The notes under the pieces are model-generated. The model saw only the letters and a program-made list of their open reading frames with translations, was not told the DNA's origin and ran no database searches. A stretch of DNA of 64,000 nucleotides from Eledone cirrhosa (taxonomy: Eukaryota). The stretch lies in NCBI GenBank assembly GCA_964016885.1, contig OZ024748.1, positions 18,042,001 through 18,106,000 of the forward strand, in the 5' to 3' direction. Both the position numbers and the translations under genes were made by a program. Shown here piece after piece: positions 25,816-40,304 of the stretch (within the stretch, counting starts at the first letter, position 1; each line of letters opens with the position of its first letter).

Positions 25816-26349
25816 AGATTCTGGCTAAGACAAGGATGGCTCTTTGAATCACAGGTATAACTCACTTTGTGCTTGTCTGTTAATTCTTTAGCATTTACAT
25901 AACTCTATATTTACTATTGTATTTTTACAGTAAAGGCTTCACCTTACAAAATGATCTCACATAATATTGAATCTATGAGATTTTGATATTATTTATTTTG
26001 AGAACAATACCTTAACCCTTTAGCATTTACATTACTTTATATATACTATTATATTTTCACTGTAAACACTTTATTTCACATAATTATCTCACATAATATC
26101 GAATCTATGAGATTTTGATATTACTTATTTTGAGAACAATACCTTAACATAAGTATGAGCAGCAAGTTATGGCCAGTTTGAACAGAAAGAGATGAGAGAA
26201 TTCTGGCTGGATATAGCCGGGTTAAATGGATTTGGGGGCAATGTGACATAAAGTGTCCTCTTGTGCAGTGACTCAACGTGCCACCAGGAATTAAACTTAC
26301 AACCTTAATATGATTAGCTGAATACCTTTACCACCTCCAACATATCTTC

Positions 26350-26811
26350 ACACACATGCACAGATATATGCATAGATGCATGCACACATATACAAACATA
26401 CACATACACACACACACAAACATACACACACAAACAGACAGACATACACATACACACAAACACACACAAACATACACACACGCACAAGCATACACACAAA
26501 CATACACACATAGACACACACACAAACATACACACACAAACAGACAGACATACACACGAACACACACAAACATACACACATGCACAAGCATACACACAAA
26601 CATACACACATAGATACACACACAAACATACACACACAAACAGACAGACATACACACGAACACACACAAACATACACACACAAACAGACAGACATACACA
26701 TACACACAAACACACACACACGCACAAGCATACACACAAACATACACACATAGACACACACACAAACATAAAATCACACATATAGACACACAAACACATA
26801 CACATAAATAT

Positions 26812-26844
<33 letters not shown>

Positions 26845-27021
26845 AACATACACCCACATACACACAAACATACAGTGCCACATAAACACAGAGTGACGCT
26901 CACACAGACAAGCACACACACACACACAAACATATGCACCCACACAGAAATACACTCACATACATACATACCTTCACGCACAGATAGGCACACACACAAA
27001 CATATACACCCACCCAGAAAT

Positions 27022-27052
<31 letters not shown>

Positions 27053-27507
27053 TACACCTTTACAAACAGATAGAGACACACACACAAAGATACACACACA
27101 CACACACAAGCACACATAAACATATACACCTATCCAGAAATACACACATACATACCTTCTCACACAGATCGACACCTACACACACACACACACACACACA
27201 CAATCATATACACCCACAGAAATATACACACACACACACACACACATATACATACACACAGTGATACACACACACACAAACATATACACCCACACAGACA
27301 CACACACACACACACACACACATACACATATACACATATATATACATACACACAATGATACACACACACACACAAACATATACATATACACAGAAATACA
27401 TATACACACACAGTGATACACACACACACACATATATATATATATACATATACACAGTGATACACACACATACACACAAACATATATATACATACATATA
27501 CACAGTG

Positions 27508-27552
<45 letters not shown>

Positions 27553-27650
27553 TACACACACACATATATATACATACATACAGTGATACACACACAAACA
27601 TATTCACACACAGACACACACACATACATATATATATATAGATATATATA
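26350..27650. repeat. (CA)-rich compound microsatellite
   Basis: Direct inspection. Confidence 0.9.
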
Positions 27651-27902
27651 CACTTCTACAAACAGATAGACACACATTTCCACCACAGTGAGAAAATTCA
27701 AAGAAAGGAAAGATATACAACATATATTACATGCTACAACAGAATGGCAGCAGAACAACAGCAAAACGCATGAGAACTGCAGCAGAATGCATGACAATAC
27801 ATGAGAAAGCCCGACTAAAGGCCAAAACACTTAACATTTTATAAAGACACAAACCACCTATTATTTATTGACATGAAATACATTTTAAAAGGAGAAATTC
27901 AC

Positions 27903-27929
27903 CTTTTGATTTCGATAAATCTTGTGTAG
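27903..27929 (-). CDS. Candidate micro-exon (TTQDLSKSK)
   Basis: Minus tttaacag| ... G|gtgaat. Phase-compatible with 29143-29205. Confidence 0.2.
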
Positions 27930-28525
27930 CTGTTAAATATGTCTAAATATGTCTGCTTTTGTCAGTGAAATATTCATTCAGAAACTCATACAGCCAAAGG
28001 ATCTTTTCTTTATTAGAAGCCTTTTATGTTTTACTCATATTCTTGTTAAGCTCACCATGCTGTCTCTGTCTCTGTCTCTTTCTCTCGTTCTCATTCTCTC
28101 TTTCTCTCGTTCTCATTCTCTCTTTCTCTCTTTCTCTCAATCTCATACTCTCTTTCTCTCAATCTCATTCTCTCTTTCTCTCAATCTCATTCTCTCTCTC
28201 TCACTCTCTCTCTCTCTTTCTCTCAATCTCATTCTCTCTCTCTCACTCTCTCTCTCTCTTTCTCTCGTTCTCATTCTCTCTCTCTCACTCTCTCTCTCTC
28301 TCTTTCTCTCGTTCTCATTCTCTCTCTCTCGTTCGCATTCTCTTTCTCTCGCTCCTTCTAAACCTCTTTCAAGTTTTTGTTAATCTAGCAATATTTTCCT
28401 TCTTTCTTTTACTCCTTCAAAGTTCTCTCATCATCATCGTCATCATAATCATCATCATCATCATCATCGTCAAGATCATCATCATCATCATCATCATAAT
28501 CATCATCATGATCGTGATCACCATG

Positions 28526-28572
<47 letters not shown>

Positions 28573-29142
28573 TGTCATCATTATCATCATTTTTATGTCT
28601 GCTTTTCCACACTTGCATGGGTTGGATGGGTCCTTTTCAGCACAGCATCTCTCCTCTCTCCACTTATGATCTTTTGTTCGTCATCTCTACTCTGTGTGTC
28701 AGTAAATGTGATCAGCTCTCACCACCTCTTCCCAAGTCTTCCTTGGTCTTCTTAAACTGCAGCTTCCTTCCACTAGGATTTCTTGGCACTCCTTCATCCA
28801 TATTCATTATAAAGCTGGTCTTATTTTCCTTCGTTTTTGTCACTCTTTCAAAATTCATCTCATTCATTATTTATCTCTCCTATCTCAATGATACTCAACT
28901 GTAAACATAACTGAATTTGTTTAATTAGTGTAATACAGGGCCAGACTTTCACCTACTGAGATCCTAAATTATATGAAATTTGAGGCCCTTCTCTAAAAAG
29001 ATTTTTGGTAAAAAAGAATAAAAAATAATGATAAAATAAAAATATATTTTTTAAATGAAGCCCCAAAAGTGAGTGGCCCTAAGCTATCGGTTATCTTGCT
29101 TATAGGTAAGTCCAATACTGACTGTAACCTGTAAATACGCAC

Positions 29143-29205
29143 TTTTTTCCAAAAAGGCATATAAAAAAATCTTCCCTGCATCTAATACGCCCATATCGCC
29201 AATGG
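29143..29205 (-). CDS. Candidate host exon (xIGDMGVLDAGKIFLYAFLEK)
   Basis: Minus tcttcatcctatgttcaaccag| ... A|gtgcgt. 63 bp, open frame, non-repetitive. Confidence 0.35.
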
Positions 29206-29334
29206 CTGGTTGAACATAGGATGAAGACAAACATGGTTAAAAATATTCAGTTTGTATTACTTTTAGTATTACTAATACAGTACAGTTTAGTTTGTATTAC
29301 TATTAGTACTACTAATTATTCTTCTTGTCATGCC

Positions 29335-29510
29335 CACAAGAGTGTCAGTTACGAAGCTTGGCTAGATGTGGTTCTGAACACATTGCAGTCCTTTCTCATT
29401 AAACTCTGCCAAGTCCAATGCTGTGTAGGGGTGTTCCGGCAGGGGTCATATCAGGAGGTGTTTCGTAGTCTGTGGTTCGATGTTGCGGTCTCTCACAACA
29501 TCACCATCTT
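29335..29510 (-). mobile_element. Degraded LINE 3' end (I-group, Ingi/Nimb-like)
   Basis: Minus EPQTTKHLLI*PLPEHPYTALDLAEFNEKGLQCVQ resembles a decayed C-terminal zinc-knuckle region. Confidence 0.45.
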
Positions 29511-30097
29511 TTAAATATCCCCAATTACTTATTCAGTAATACAATACAATTTATATAAGTAAACTGATGTTGAACTTATATAAGAGTTTCTGGAAAAACA
29601 ATGAAATATTTTTTTTAATAAATTTATGAAGAAATGTTCTAAAATTCTTTCTTTTTTTTCTCAAAATGTCCTTATAAAACCAAGGGATGTCTTATACAAA
29701 GAGGCTTCCAATAGGCTAGCAAAAACAGTATATTTGAGACTGCGTGGTTTTAAAATGTTTCTTCTATACATAATGTAATATAAGATTTTGTCAAATGTGT
29801 CTATCTTGTTATTTAACTTATACATTATAATATTATCTGTATTTCTGAATTGAGTTCCCTGTTGCCTATTTCTTATATTTGGTGGTTAGTGGCTTCCAAA
29901 GTCTTCATTTGACTATGCAGATTCAAGAGAAATGGTCTCAAAACAGAATTCATTGTCATGTTGGTCAATAGAAATATAAGTGGTTTCAGTTTTCAATAAT
30001 AATCTTTCAACCAGTCTTCTGCCAAGACAATTTCAATGTATACATGTGTGTGCGGAGTAAGTATGTGGTGTAGCTGATTATATATAATATACATGAT

Positions 30098-31987
30098 CAC
30101 TGTAAAGTGGTTGTATTGGTATCACAACAAAAAGCACCCAGCCCACACAGTAAAATGGTCATTACATTGCCACGATAAAAGGCACCCAGTCCACACAGTA
30201 AAGTGGTCATTACATTGCCACAATAAAAGGCACCCAGTCCACACAGTAAAGTGGTCATTACATTGCCACGATAAAAGGCACCCAGTCCACACAGTAAAAT
30301 GGTCATTACATTGCCACGATAAAAGGCACCCAGTCCACACAGTAAAGTGGTCATTACATTGCCACGATAAAAGGCACCCAGTCCACACAGTAAAATGGTC
30401 ATTACATTGCCACGATAAAAGGCACCCAGTCCACACAGTAAAGTGGTCATTACATTGCCACGATAAAAGGCACCCAGTCCACACAGTAAAGTGGTCATTA
30501 CATTGCCACGATAAAAGGCACCCAGTCCACACAGTAAAGTGGTCATTACATTGCCACGATAAAAGGCACCCAGTCCACACAGTAAAGTGGTCATTACATT
30601 GCCACGATAAAAGGCACCCAGTCCACACAGTAAAGTGGTCATTACATTGCCACGATAAAAGGCACCCAGTCCACACAGTAAAATGGTCATTACATTGCCA
30701 CGATAAAAGGCACCCAGTCCACACAGTAAAATGGTCATTACATTGCCACGATAAAAGGCACCCAGTCCACACAGTAAAGTGGTCATTACATTGCCACGAT
30801 AAAAGGCACCCAGTCCACACAGTAAAGTGGTCATTACATTGCCACGATAAAAGGCACCCAGTCCACACAGTAAAGTGGTCATTACATTGCCACGATAAAA
30901 GGCACCCAGTCCACACAGTAAAGTGGTCATTACATTGCCACGATAAAAGGCACCCAGTCCACACAGTAAAGTGGTCATTACATTGCCACGATAAAAGGCA
31001 CCCAGTCCACACAGTAAAATGGTCATTACATTGCCACGATAAAAGGCACCCAGTCCACACAGTAAAGTGGTCATTACATTGCCACGATAAAAGGCACCCA
31101 GTCCACACAGTAAAATGGTCATTACATTGCCACGATAAAAGGCACCCAGTCCACACAGTAAAGTGGTCATTACATTGCCACGATAAAAGGCACCCAGTCC
31201 ACACAGTAAAGTGGTCATTACATTGCCACGATAAAAGGCACCCAGTCCACACAGTAAAGTGGTCATTACATTGCCACGATAAAAGGCACCCAGTCCACAC
31301 AGTAAAGTGGTCATTACATTGCCACGATAAAAGGCACCCAGTCCACACAGTAAAGTGGTCATTACATTGCCACGATAAAAGGCACCCAGTCCACACAGTA
31401 AAGTGGTCATTACATTGCCACGATAAAAGGCACCCAGTCCACACAGTAAAGTGGTCATTACATTGCCACGATAAAAGGCACCCAGTCCACACAGTAAAGT
31501 GGTCATTACATTGCCACGATAAAAGGCACCCAGTCCACACAGTAAAGTGGTCATTACATTGCCACGATAAAAGGCACCCAGTCCACACAGTAAAGTGGTC
31601 ATTACATTGCCACGATAAAAGGCACCCAGTCCACACAGTAAAATGGTCATTACATTGCCACGATAAAAGGCACCCAGTCCACACAGTAAAATGGTCATTA
31701 CATTGCCACGATAAAAGGCACCCAGTCCACACAGTAAAGTGGTCATTTAGGTGTCATGACAAAAAGCGCCTTGTCCACACTGTAACGTGGTCATGTAGGA
31801 GTCACAAGAAAAAGCACCCATCACACACTGTAAATGTGATTGGTGTTAGGAAAGGCATCCAGCTGTAGAAACCAAGCCAGAAACAGTTCTGTGTGAACAA
31901 AACACGGCAACCTGACCTACCTTGCCTCAAATGGGACAATCCATCCAACCCATGCTAGCAAGGAAAATAGACGTTAAACAATGATAG

Positions 31988-32016
<29 letters not shown>
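30098..32016 (+). mobile_element. RTE-LINE/SINE 3' module with expanded internal repeat
   Basis: The array runs into GATTGGTGTTAGGAAAGGCATCCAGC...GACGTTAAAC(ATG)n, the 3' module of 5351-5914. Confidence 0.8.
30145..31746 (+). repeat. 48-bp tandem array, about 33 near-identical units
   Basis: Unit CACAGTAAARTGGTCATTACATTGCCACGATAAAAGGCACCCAGTCCA. Confidence 0.97.
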
Positions 32017-32021
<5 letters not shown>

Positions 32022-32206
32022 AGAGAGCGGGATAGATAGATGTAAAGGATTTTCATCATATGGTAATGAATGATTGAAATTCAAACTGAGAATGAATGTA
32101 TGCATGCATATATATATATATATATGTGTTTATGTATATATATATGAAATATTTATATATGTACATAAACATAGATTGTGTAAATGTATATATCTATCTA
32201 TCTACC

Positions 32207-32241
<35 letters not shown>

Positions 32242-32245
<4 letters not shown>

Positions 32246-32496
32246 ATATATTTCATATATATATATATATATAAACATACATTTCATATATATATATATA
32301 TATATAAACATACATTTCATATATATATATAAACATACATTTCATATATATATATACATACATTTCATATATATATCTAAACATACATTTCATATATATA
32401 TATAAACATACATTTCATATATATATATATATATAAACATACATTTCATATATATATATATAAACATACATTTCATATATATATATATAAACATAC

Positions 32497-32535
<39 letters not shown>

Positions 32536-33095
32536 ATACATTTCATATATATAAACATACATTTCATATATATATATAAACATACATTTCATATATATAT
32601 ATAAACATACATTTCATATATATATATAAACATACATTTCATATATATATATATAAACATACATTTCATATATATATATATAAACATACATTTCGTATAT
32701 ATATATATAAACATACATTTCATATATATATATATAAACATACATTTCATATATATATATATATATATAAACATACATTTCATATATATATATATATATA
32801 AACATACATTTCATATATATATATATAAACATACATTTCATATATATATATATAAACATACATTTCATATATATATATATAAACATACATTTCATATATA
32901 TATATATAAACATACATTTCATATATATATATATATAAACATACATTTCATATATATATATATATATAAACATACATTTCATATATATATATATATATAT
33001 AAACATACATTTCATATATATATATATATATATAAACATACATTTCATATATATATAAACATACATTTCATATATATATATATATATAAACATAC

Positions 33096-33140
<45 letters not shown>

Positions 33141-33831
33141 ATACATTTTATATATATATATATAAACATACATTTCATATATATATATATAAACATACAT
33201 TTCATATATATATATATATATAAACATACATTTCATATATATATATATAAACATACATTTCATATATATATATATAAACATACATTTCATATATATATAT
33301 ATAAACATACATTTCATATATATATATATATAAACATACATTTCATATATATATATATATAAACATACATTTCATATATATATATATATATAAACATACA
33401 TTTCATATATATATATATATATATATAAACATACATTTCATATATATATATAAACATACATTTCATATATATATATATAAACATACATTTCATATATATA
33501 TATAAACATACATTTCATATATATATATATAAACATACATTTCATATATATATATATATATATAAACATACATTTCATATATATATATATAAACATACAT
33601 TTCATATATATATATATATAAACATACATTTCATATATATATATATAAACATACATTTCATATATATATATATATATAAACATACATTTCATATATATAT
33701 TTATATATATAAACATACATTTCATATATATATATATAAACATACATTTCATATATATATATAAACATACATTTCATATATATATATATAAACATACATT
33801 TCATATATATATATATATAAACATACATTTC

Positions 33832-33878
<47 letters not shown>

Positions 33879-34141
33879 ATACATTTCATATATATATATA
33901 TATAAACATACATTTCATATATATATATATATATAAACATACATTTCATATATATATTTATATATATAAACATACATTTCATATATATATATATAAACAT
34001 ACATTTCATATATATATATAAACATACATTTCATATATATATATATAAACATACATTTCATATATATATATATATAAACATACATTTCATATATATATAT
34101 ATATAAACATACATTTCATATATATATATATATAAACATAC

Positions 34142-34200
<59 letters not shown>

Positions 34201-34348
34201 ATACATTTTATATATATATATAAACATACATTTCATATATATATATATAAACATACATTTCATATATATATATATAAACATACATTTCATATATATATAT
34301 ATATATAAACATACATTTCATATATATATATATATAAACATACATTTC

Positions 34349-34384
<36 letters not shown>

Positions 34385-34792
34385 AACATACATTTCATAT
34401 ATATATATATATATAAACATACATTTCATATATATATATATATAAACATACATTTCATATATATATATATAAACATACATTTCATATATATATATATAAA
34501 CATACATTTCATATATATATATATAAACATACATTTCATATATATATATATAAACATACATTTCATATATATATATATATAAACATACATTTCATATATA
34601 TATATATAAACATACATTTCATATATATATATATATATAAACATACATTTCATATATATATTTATATATATAAACATACATTTCATATATATATATATAA
34701 ACATACATTTCATATATATATATAAACATACATTTCATATATATATATATAAACATACATTTCATATATATATATATATAAACATACATTTC

Positions 34793-34851
<59 letters not shown>

Positions 34852-35241
34852 ATACATTTCATATATATATATATAAACATACATTTCATATATATATATA
34901 TAAACATACATTTCATATATATATATATATATATATAAACATACATTTCATATATATATTTATATATATAAACATACATTTCATATATATATTTATATAT
35001 ATAAACATACATTTCATATATATATATATATAAACATACATTTCATATATATATATATAAACATACATTTCATATATATATATAAACATACATTTCATAT
35101 ATATATATATAAACATACATTTCATATATATATATATATATAAACATACATTTCATATATATATATATATAAACATACATTTCATATATATATATATATA
35201 AACATACATTTCATATATATATATATATAAACATACATTTC

Positions 35242-35302
<61 letters not shown>

Positions 35303-35558
35303 ATACATTTCATATATATATATATATAAACATACATTTCATATATATATATATATATAAACATACATTTCATATATATATATATATAAACATACATTTC
35401 ATATATATATATATAAACATACATTTCATATATATATATATAAACATACATTTCATATATATATATAAACATACATTTCATATATATATATATATATAAA
35501 CATACATTTCATATATATATATATAAACATACATTTCATATATATATATATATATATC
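32242..35558. repeat. Array of constant AAACATACATTTC cores separated by variable (AT)n
   Basis: Direct inspection. More than 100 units (estimate). Confidence 0.95.
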
Positions 35559-35794
35559 CAGTCGAAATTGAATCCTTAATTCAAACAGCAGATTCCTTAT
35601 CCATCTCGAGGGAAATCAAATAAGAAAACTTATCTTTGGAAAAATATTTAATTTGATGTGGTGTATATCATCCTATATCTACGGTACCACCATCTTGGAG
35701 ATTCCCTGCTTTAAAAACATACACTGCTTCCAAAGTTTCCAACATTTCCTACATTACCAATTACATATATGCAACATATACTACATATGTGTAC

Positions 35795-35843
<49 letters not shown>

Positions 35844-35908
35844 TATGCATACATATATATATACATTTATATATATACACACATATATACATTTATATAT
35901 ATACACAC

Positions 35909-35943
<35 letters not shown>

Positions 35944-36110
35944 TATATATATATACACACACACATATATATATATACACACATATATATATATATATAC
36001 ATATCAATATATATATGTATATATATATGTATATATATGTATATGTATATATATATATGTATATGTATATATATATATGTGTATATATGTATATGTATAT
36101 ATATATATAT

Positions 36111-36149
<39 letters not shown>

Positions 36150-36255
36150 TATATATATACATATCAATATATATATGTATATATATATGTATATATATGT
36201 ATATGTATATATATATATGTATATGTATATATATATATGTGTATATATGTATATG

Positions 36256-36334
<79 letters not shown>

Positions 36335-36380
36335 GTGTGTGTGTGTGTGTGTGTGTACACACACACACACACACACACAC
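35795..36380. repeat. (TA)/(CA)/(TG) compound microsatellite
   Basis: Direct inspection. Confidence 0.95.
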
Positions 36381-36854
36381 CATTATTATTTTGGTGCAAT
36401 TGGAAATGGAGAAGAAAGAAGAAATATGAATTCCTTTTTATTTGTTTTTCTTTTGTCTATTTTCTTACAAAATTCCAGCTCTTATATAGGAGAGTGAAAA
36501 AAAAACGAAAAACAAAGAAAAGACTATTAAAAAAACATACAAATAAATAATTGCCAAGGAATGGAAAATATTTATTGCTATTTTTATTATTTTATTTTTT
36601 AAGTCTCTTCTTTTCTTTATTTTTTATTTTATTTTTTGTTTCTTTATTTTTTATTTTATTTTTGGTTTGTGTTATATTTTTCCTGTTGTTTTTGTTGTTT
36701 TTGTTATACATTTCTATTCCATGAAGTATATAGTTCCAACTGATATTGCTCCCCCCCCCCCATCCTCTGCCACACACACTTTGTTCAACTGACTAAGGTC
36801 AACTATGATATTTGTAGAAGTAGGTACAGGTAGGGAAAGTACTATATATTCTCC

Positions 36855-36900
<46 letters not shown>

Positions 36901-36904
<4 letters not shown>

Positions 36905-37107
36905 GGCACCACGGAAAAAAAGCACCCAGCATTCACTGTAAATGAGGTTGGTGTTAGGAAGAGCATACAGCTGTAGAAATCAAACCAGAATAAGCCAGAA
37001 TCAGTTCCCATATGAGCAAGACAAGGTCAGTCGACTGCCCACAACAGGACAACCCGTCTAACCCATGCTAGCATGGAAAAATGGACGTAAAATGGTGATG
37101 ATGATGA
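36901..37107 (+). mobile_element. SINE/RTE shared 3' module
   Basis: AAAAGCACCCAGC..CACTGTAAATGAGGTTGGTGTTAGGAAG...GGACGTAAAATG, then (ATG)n. Confidence 0.75.
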
Positions 37108-37134
37108 TATATATATATATATATATATATATAA

Positions 37135-37782
37135 GTGTGGTGTGGCAGCAATGTTGCACAACAGCGAGACTTGGGCACTGTGTGCAGAGAACCTGCGAAG
37201 ATTGGAAAGAAATGAAGCCTCAATGCTTCGATGGATATGCAATAGTAATATACGCAAACGGCAAAGTATGAACGAACTGCAAGTGAAATTACACATAAGA
37301 GGGATCAGATGCAGTGTGCAGGAGAGGAGATTGCATTGGTATGGACATCTGATGTGTATGAAGTATGATAGCTGTATTAAAAGGTGCAGAGTACTCAAAG
37401 TTGATGGAAGCCATGGAGTGGGCAGGCTTAGGAAGACTTGGGATGATATGATAAAAGCTGATCTTGCACAAGTTCACATCTCTAAGGTGATGACACAGGA
37501 CCGTGATCTCTGGCACTATCCAGTAATACAGAAGACCCACCCTCCCATATGCACGAGCTGAGGCATACATCTAGCATGTATCACTTTCCCTCTCATAACC
37601 CCTCCCATACACCTATACCTACCTCCCCAATTCCCCATGAATTTTCCCCACTCCCATCGCACCCAAGTCCCCAACCCAAACCATAAAGTGGTCATCCTGG
37701 AGCCAAAAAAAAAAGTGCCCAGTCCACTCTGTAAAGTGGTCATGTAGGTGTTACAACAAAAAGCACCCTGCATGCACTGTAA
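37135..37782 (+). mobile_element. RTE LINE fragment (ORF C-terminus plus 3' UTR)
   Basis: ORF 37142-37561: AMLHNSETWAL...LERNEASMLRWIC...ERRLHWYGHLM...GRLRKTWDD. Confidence 0.9.
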
Positions 37783-37894
37783 GAGATTTGAGAATGTAAC
37801 TCTACACATGTTATTATTTCACCATGCTGCTTCAGCTTCGGAAACAGTATGTATTATATCTTGTTCCATTTCTCTTAGACTAGAAGAATTTTAA

Positions 37895-37976
37895 CTCCCC
37901 TGAAGAGTATGGCAAATTCTTCAATTATTGGTAGTTCCAATAAGAATTCTTCCCCACATGAAACCATGGTGGGGAG
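37895..37976 (+). ncRNA. Hammerhead ribozyme motif with long stem II; G at the cleavage position
   Basis: CTCCC-CTGAAGA-GTATGG..TTATTGG tagtt CCAATAA..CCACAT-GAAA-CCATGG-TG-GGGAG. Stem III palindrome ACCATGGT. Confidence 0.7.
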
Positions 37977-38137
37977 ATCTATATATAAGCAAAGTTAGAT
38001 AGAAAAATGTTTTCATCTGTCTTGTTTATAACCCCAGAGTTAGAGCTTTTTCTCATTTAATTTTCATATATAATATTGCTTCTCTGAGAGATTTCTTTCA
38101 TTGAGATGTTTGGGTATTAGAGACTAATTAACCTTTA

Positions 38138-38189
<52 letters not shown>

Positions 38190-38234
38190 TTTACCCTTTT
38201 ACCTTTTCCAGCCATCCGGCTGAGGCCATGCTGG

Positions 38235-38266
<32 letters not shown>

Positions 38267-38643
38267 CTACCAAAATTAAATTAAAGATGTCATGTCTGAG
38301 AATATCAGAAACTAGCACCATATCACCTGTAGAATAAGCTCAAAGACTCTAAGGAATATATCCGAGCATTTATTAACATTAAATTAAAAGTCGATTGACA
38401 TACGATATATAAACACATCAAACAATTACAGGGGATAATTTGTAAAGAGTGTAAACACACACAGTTACGGAGGTAACATATTAAAAATTAACGAGAAACT
38501 TGAATATAGATACCTTGTATATATATATATGTGGGGGGGGGGGGGGGTATAGAGAGATAGATATAAATATATATGAATATATATATAGAAAGAGAGATAT
38601 AGATGTATATGTGTATATATAGAGAGAGATATAGATAAATATA

Positions 38644-38691
<48 letters not shown>

Positions 38692-38831
38692 CGTGCATCA
38701 CTTGCATCCCCAAATCGTTACCAAGACTACCTAATGGTTTCTCTAGTTTACTCTGATTATTTTAGTTTTTTTTTGTACTATGGACAATCTTATATTTTCT
38801 CTATTTATCCTTTCTGATCCTGCCTCCATTC

Positions 38832-38870
38832 ATGTCTCCTGAAGAAGGGCTAAAGCCTGACACAGCCAAC
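38832..38870 (+). ncRNA. Degenerate hammerhead motif (family H)
   Basis: CTC-CTGAAGAA-GGGC taaa GCCT-GACAC. A homologue on minus at about 46783-46820 is also degenerate. Confidence 0.4.
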
Positions 38871-39185
38871 TTTCTTTTCCCTTTTCCATATAAAGCGTGA
38901 AACTAATAAGACTTTTGTGTGTGTGGAGGGGGGGGCTGTACATATGTATAAATTTGTGTGTGTGAGATTGCATGTGGGGGCATAATTGTCAAAAAGACAC
39001 AAGAGCACTGTGTATTCAGAAATAGAACCAATGTTAAATGGTGATGATGATGATGATGATAATGAATTCATGCACATGATATTACATCATACTTGTGATC
39101 TCAGATCATAAAACCATAGGTAACTGATGATGTAATATATATGTATATATATATGTAAACACACACACATATATATGTGTATATA

Positions 39186-39833
39186 TGAACTAAGGGAAAA
39201 ATTAGAAATAAGAGGGATCAGATGTTGTTTACTCGAGAGAAGACTACGTTGGTACGGTCACGTGATGCGCATGAAAGACGACAGCTGTATAAAAAAGTGC
39301 AGGGCAATAAAAATAGACGGTAGCCACGGAGTAGGCAGACCCAGAAAAACCTAGGACGACTTGATAAATTCCAACCTCACATATTTACACCTCTCCAAGA
39401 CAATGTCACTGGACCGAGATCTTTGGCTCTACACAGTAATACAGAAGACCCGCCTTACCTCAGTACAAAGTGAAACCTACCACAGTCAGTAGGCACCTCT
39501 AACAAAAATACACCCCCATCCCACTTCCCCCACCCCTTTCAATGTAAAGTTATGTTGGTACCACAACATCCAGTCCGAAACAAATGAGGTCGTGTAGGTG
39601 TCACGACAAAAAAACACACAGTCCACGCTGTAATGTGGCCGTGTAGGTAACACGGTAAAAACCTCCCAGTTCCACACTGTAAATGTGGTTGGTGTTAGGA
39701 AGGGCATCCAGCCGTAGAAAACCCGCCAGACAGTCCTATGCGAGCAAGACAACCACTCTTGCCTCAAGTAGGAAAACTCACGTCCAAACCCATGCAAGCG
39801 TGGAAGATGGACATTAAACGATGATGATGATGA
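39186..39833 (+). mobile_element. RTE LINE 3' end
   Basis: ELREKLEIRGIRCCLLERRLRWYGHVMRMKDDSCIKKCR...; the 3' UTR is nearly identical to 5520-5914. Confidence 0.9.
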
Positions 39834-40304
39834 TATATATATATACACATACACATTCATACATATATAAATATATATATATATATATGCATATTTATTA
39901 CACCCTGCAGGCCATCACCACCATCATCCTTCAACAAACAACCTCCACTGCCTCACCACCACCTCCACTGCCTCACCACTACCTCCACTGCCTCACCACC
40001 ACCTCCACTAGTCAAGTCAAGTGTTATAAAGTATTACGTAGGAAGTGTATATATATATATATATATATAGTTTAACATATATCTTGTATATGTGTATATG
40101 TGTGTGTGTGTGTCACCATGACGACATAATGTAACATTGATTGGTTAGTTAAGGACAAACGACTTGATTACCTCCCATTGTTTACTGCAGCTTAATTACT
40201 TCCCCCCCCCCTTCTCCAACACTGACTATAACATATTCCCTAATTGGTTCATTAAACATTAGATCTAGCTAAGAATGTGTGAGAGCCAAGGGAAATTACT
40301 TCAT

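Noticed and set aside
30093-31868. 591-aa His/Cys-rich repeat protein
   Set aside because: The unit derives from a non-coding retroposon 3' module. A 48-bp period makes long ORFs in several frames.
30145-35558. CRISPR-like regular arrays
   Set aside because: No unique spacers (units are contiguous, or spacers are only (AT)n), no cas genes, eukaryotic context.
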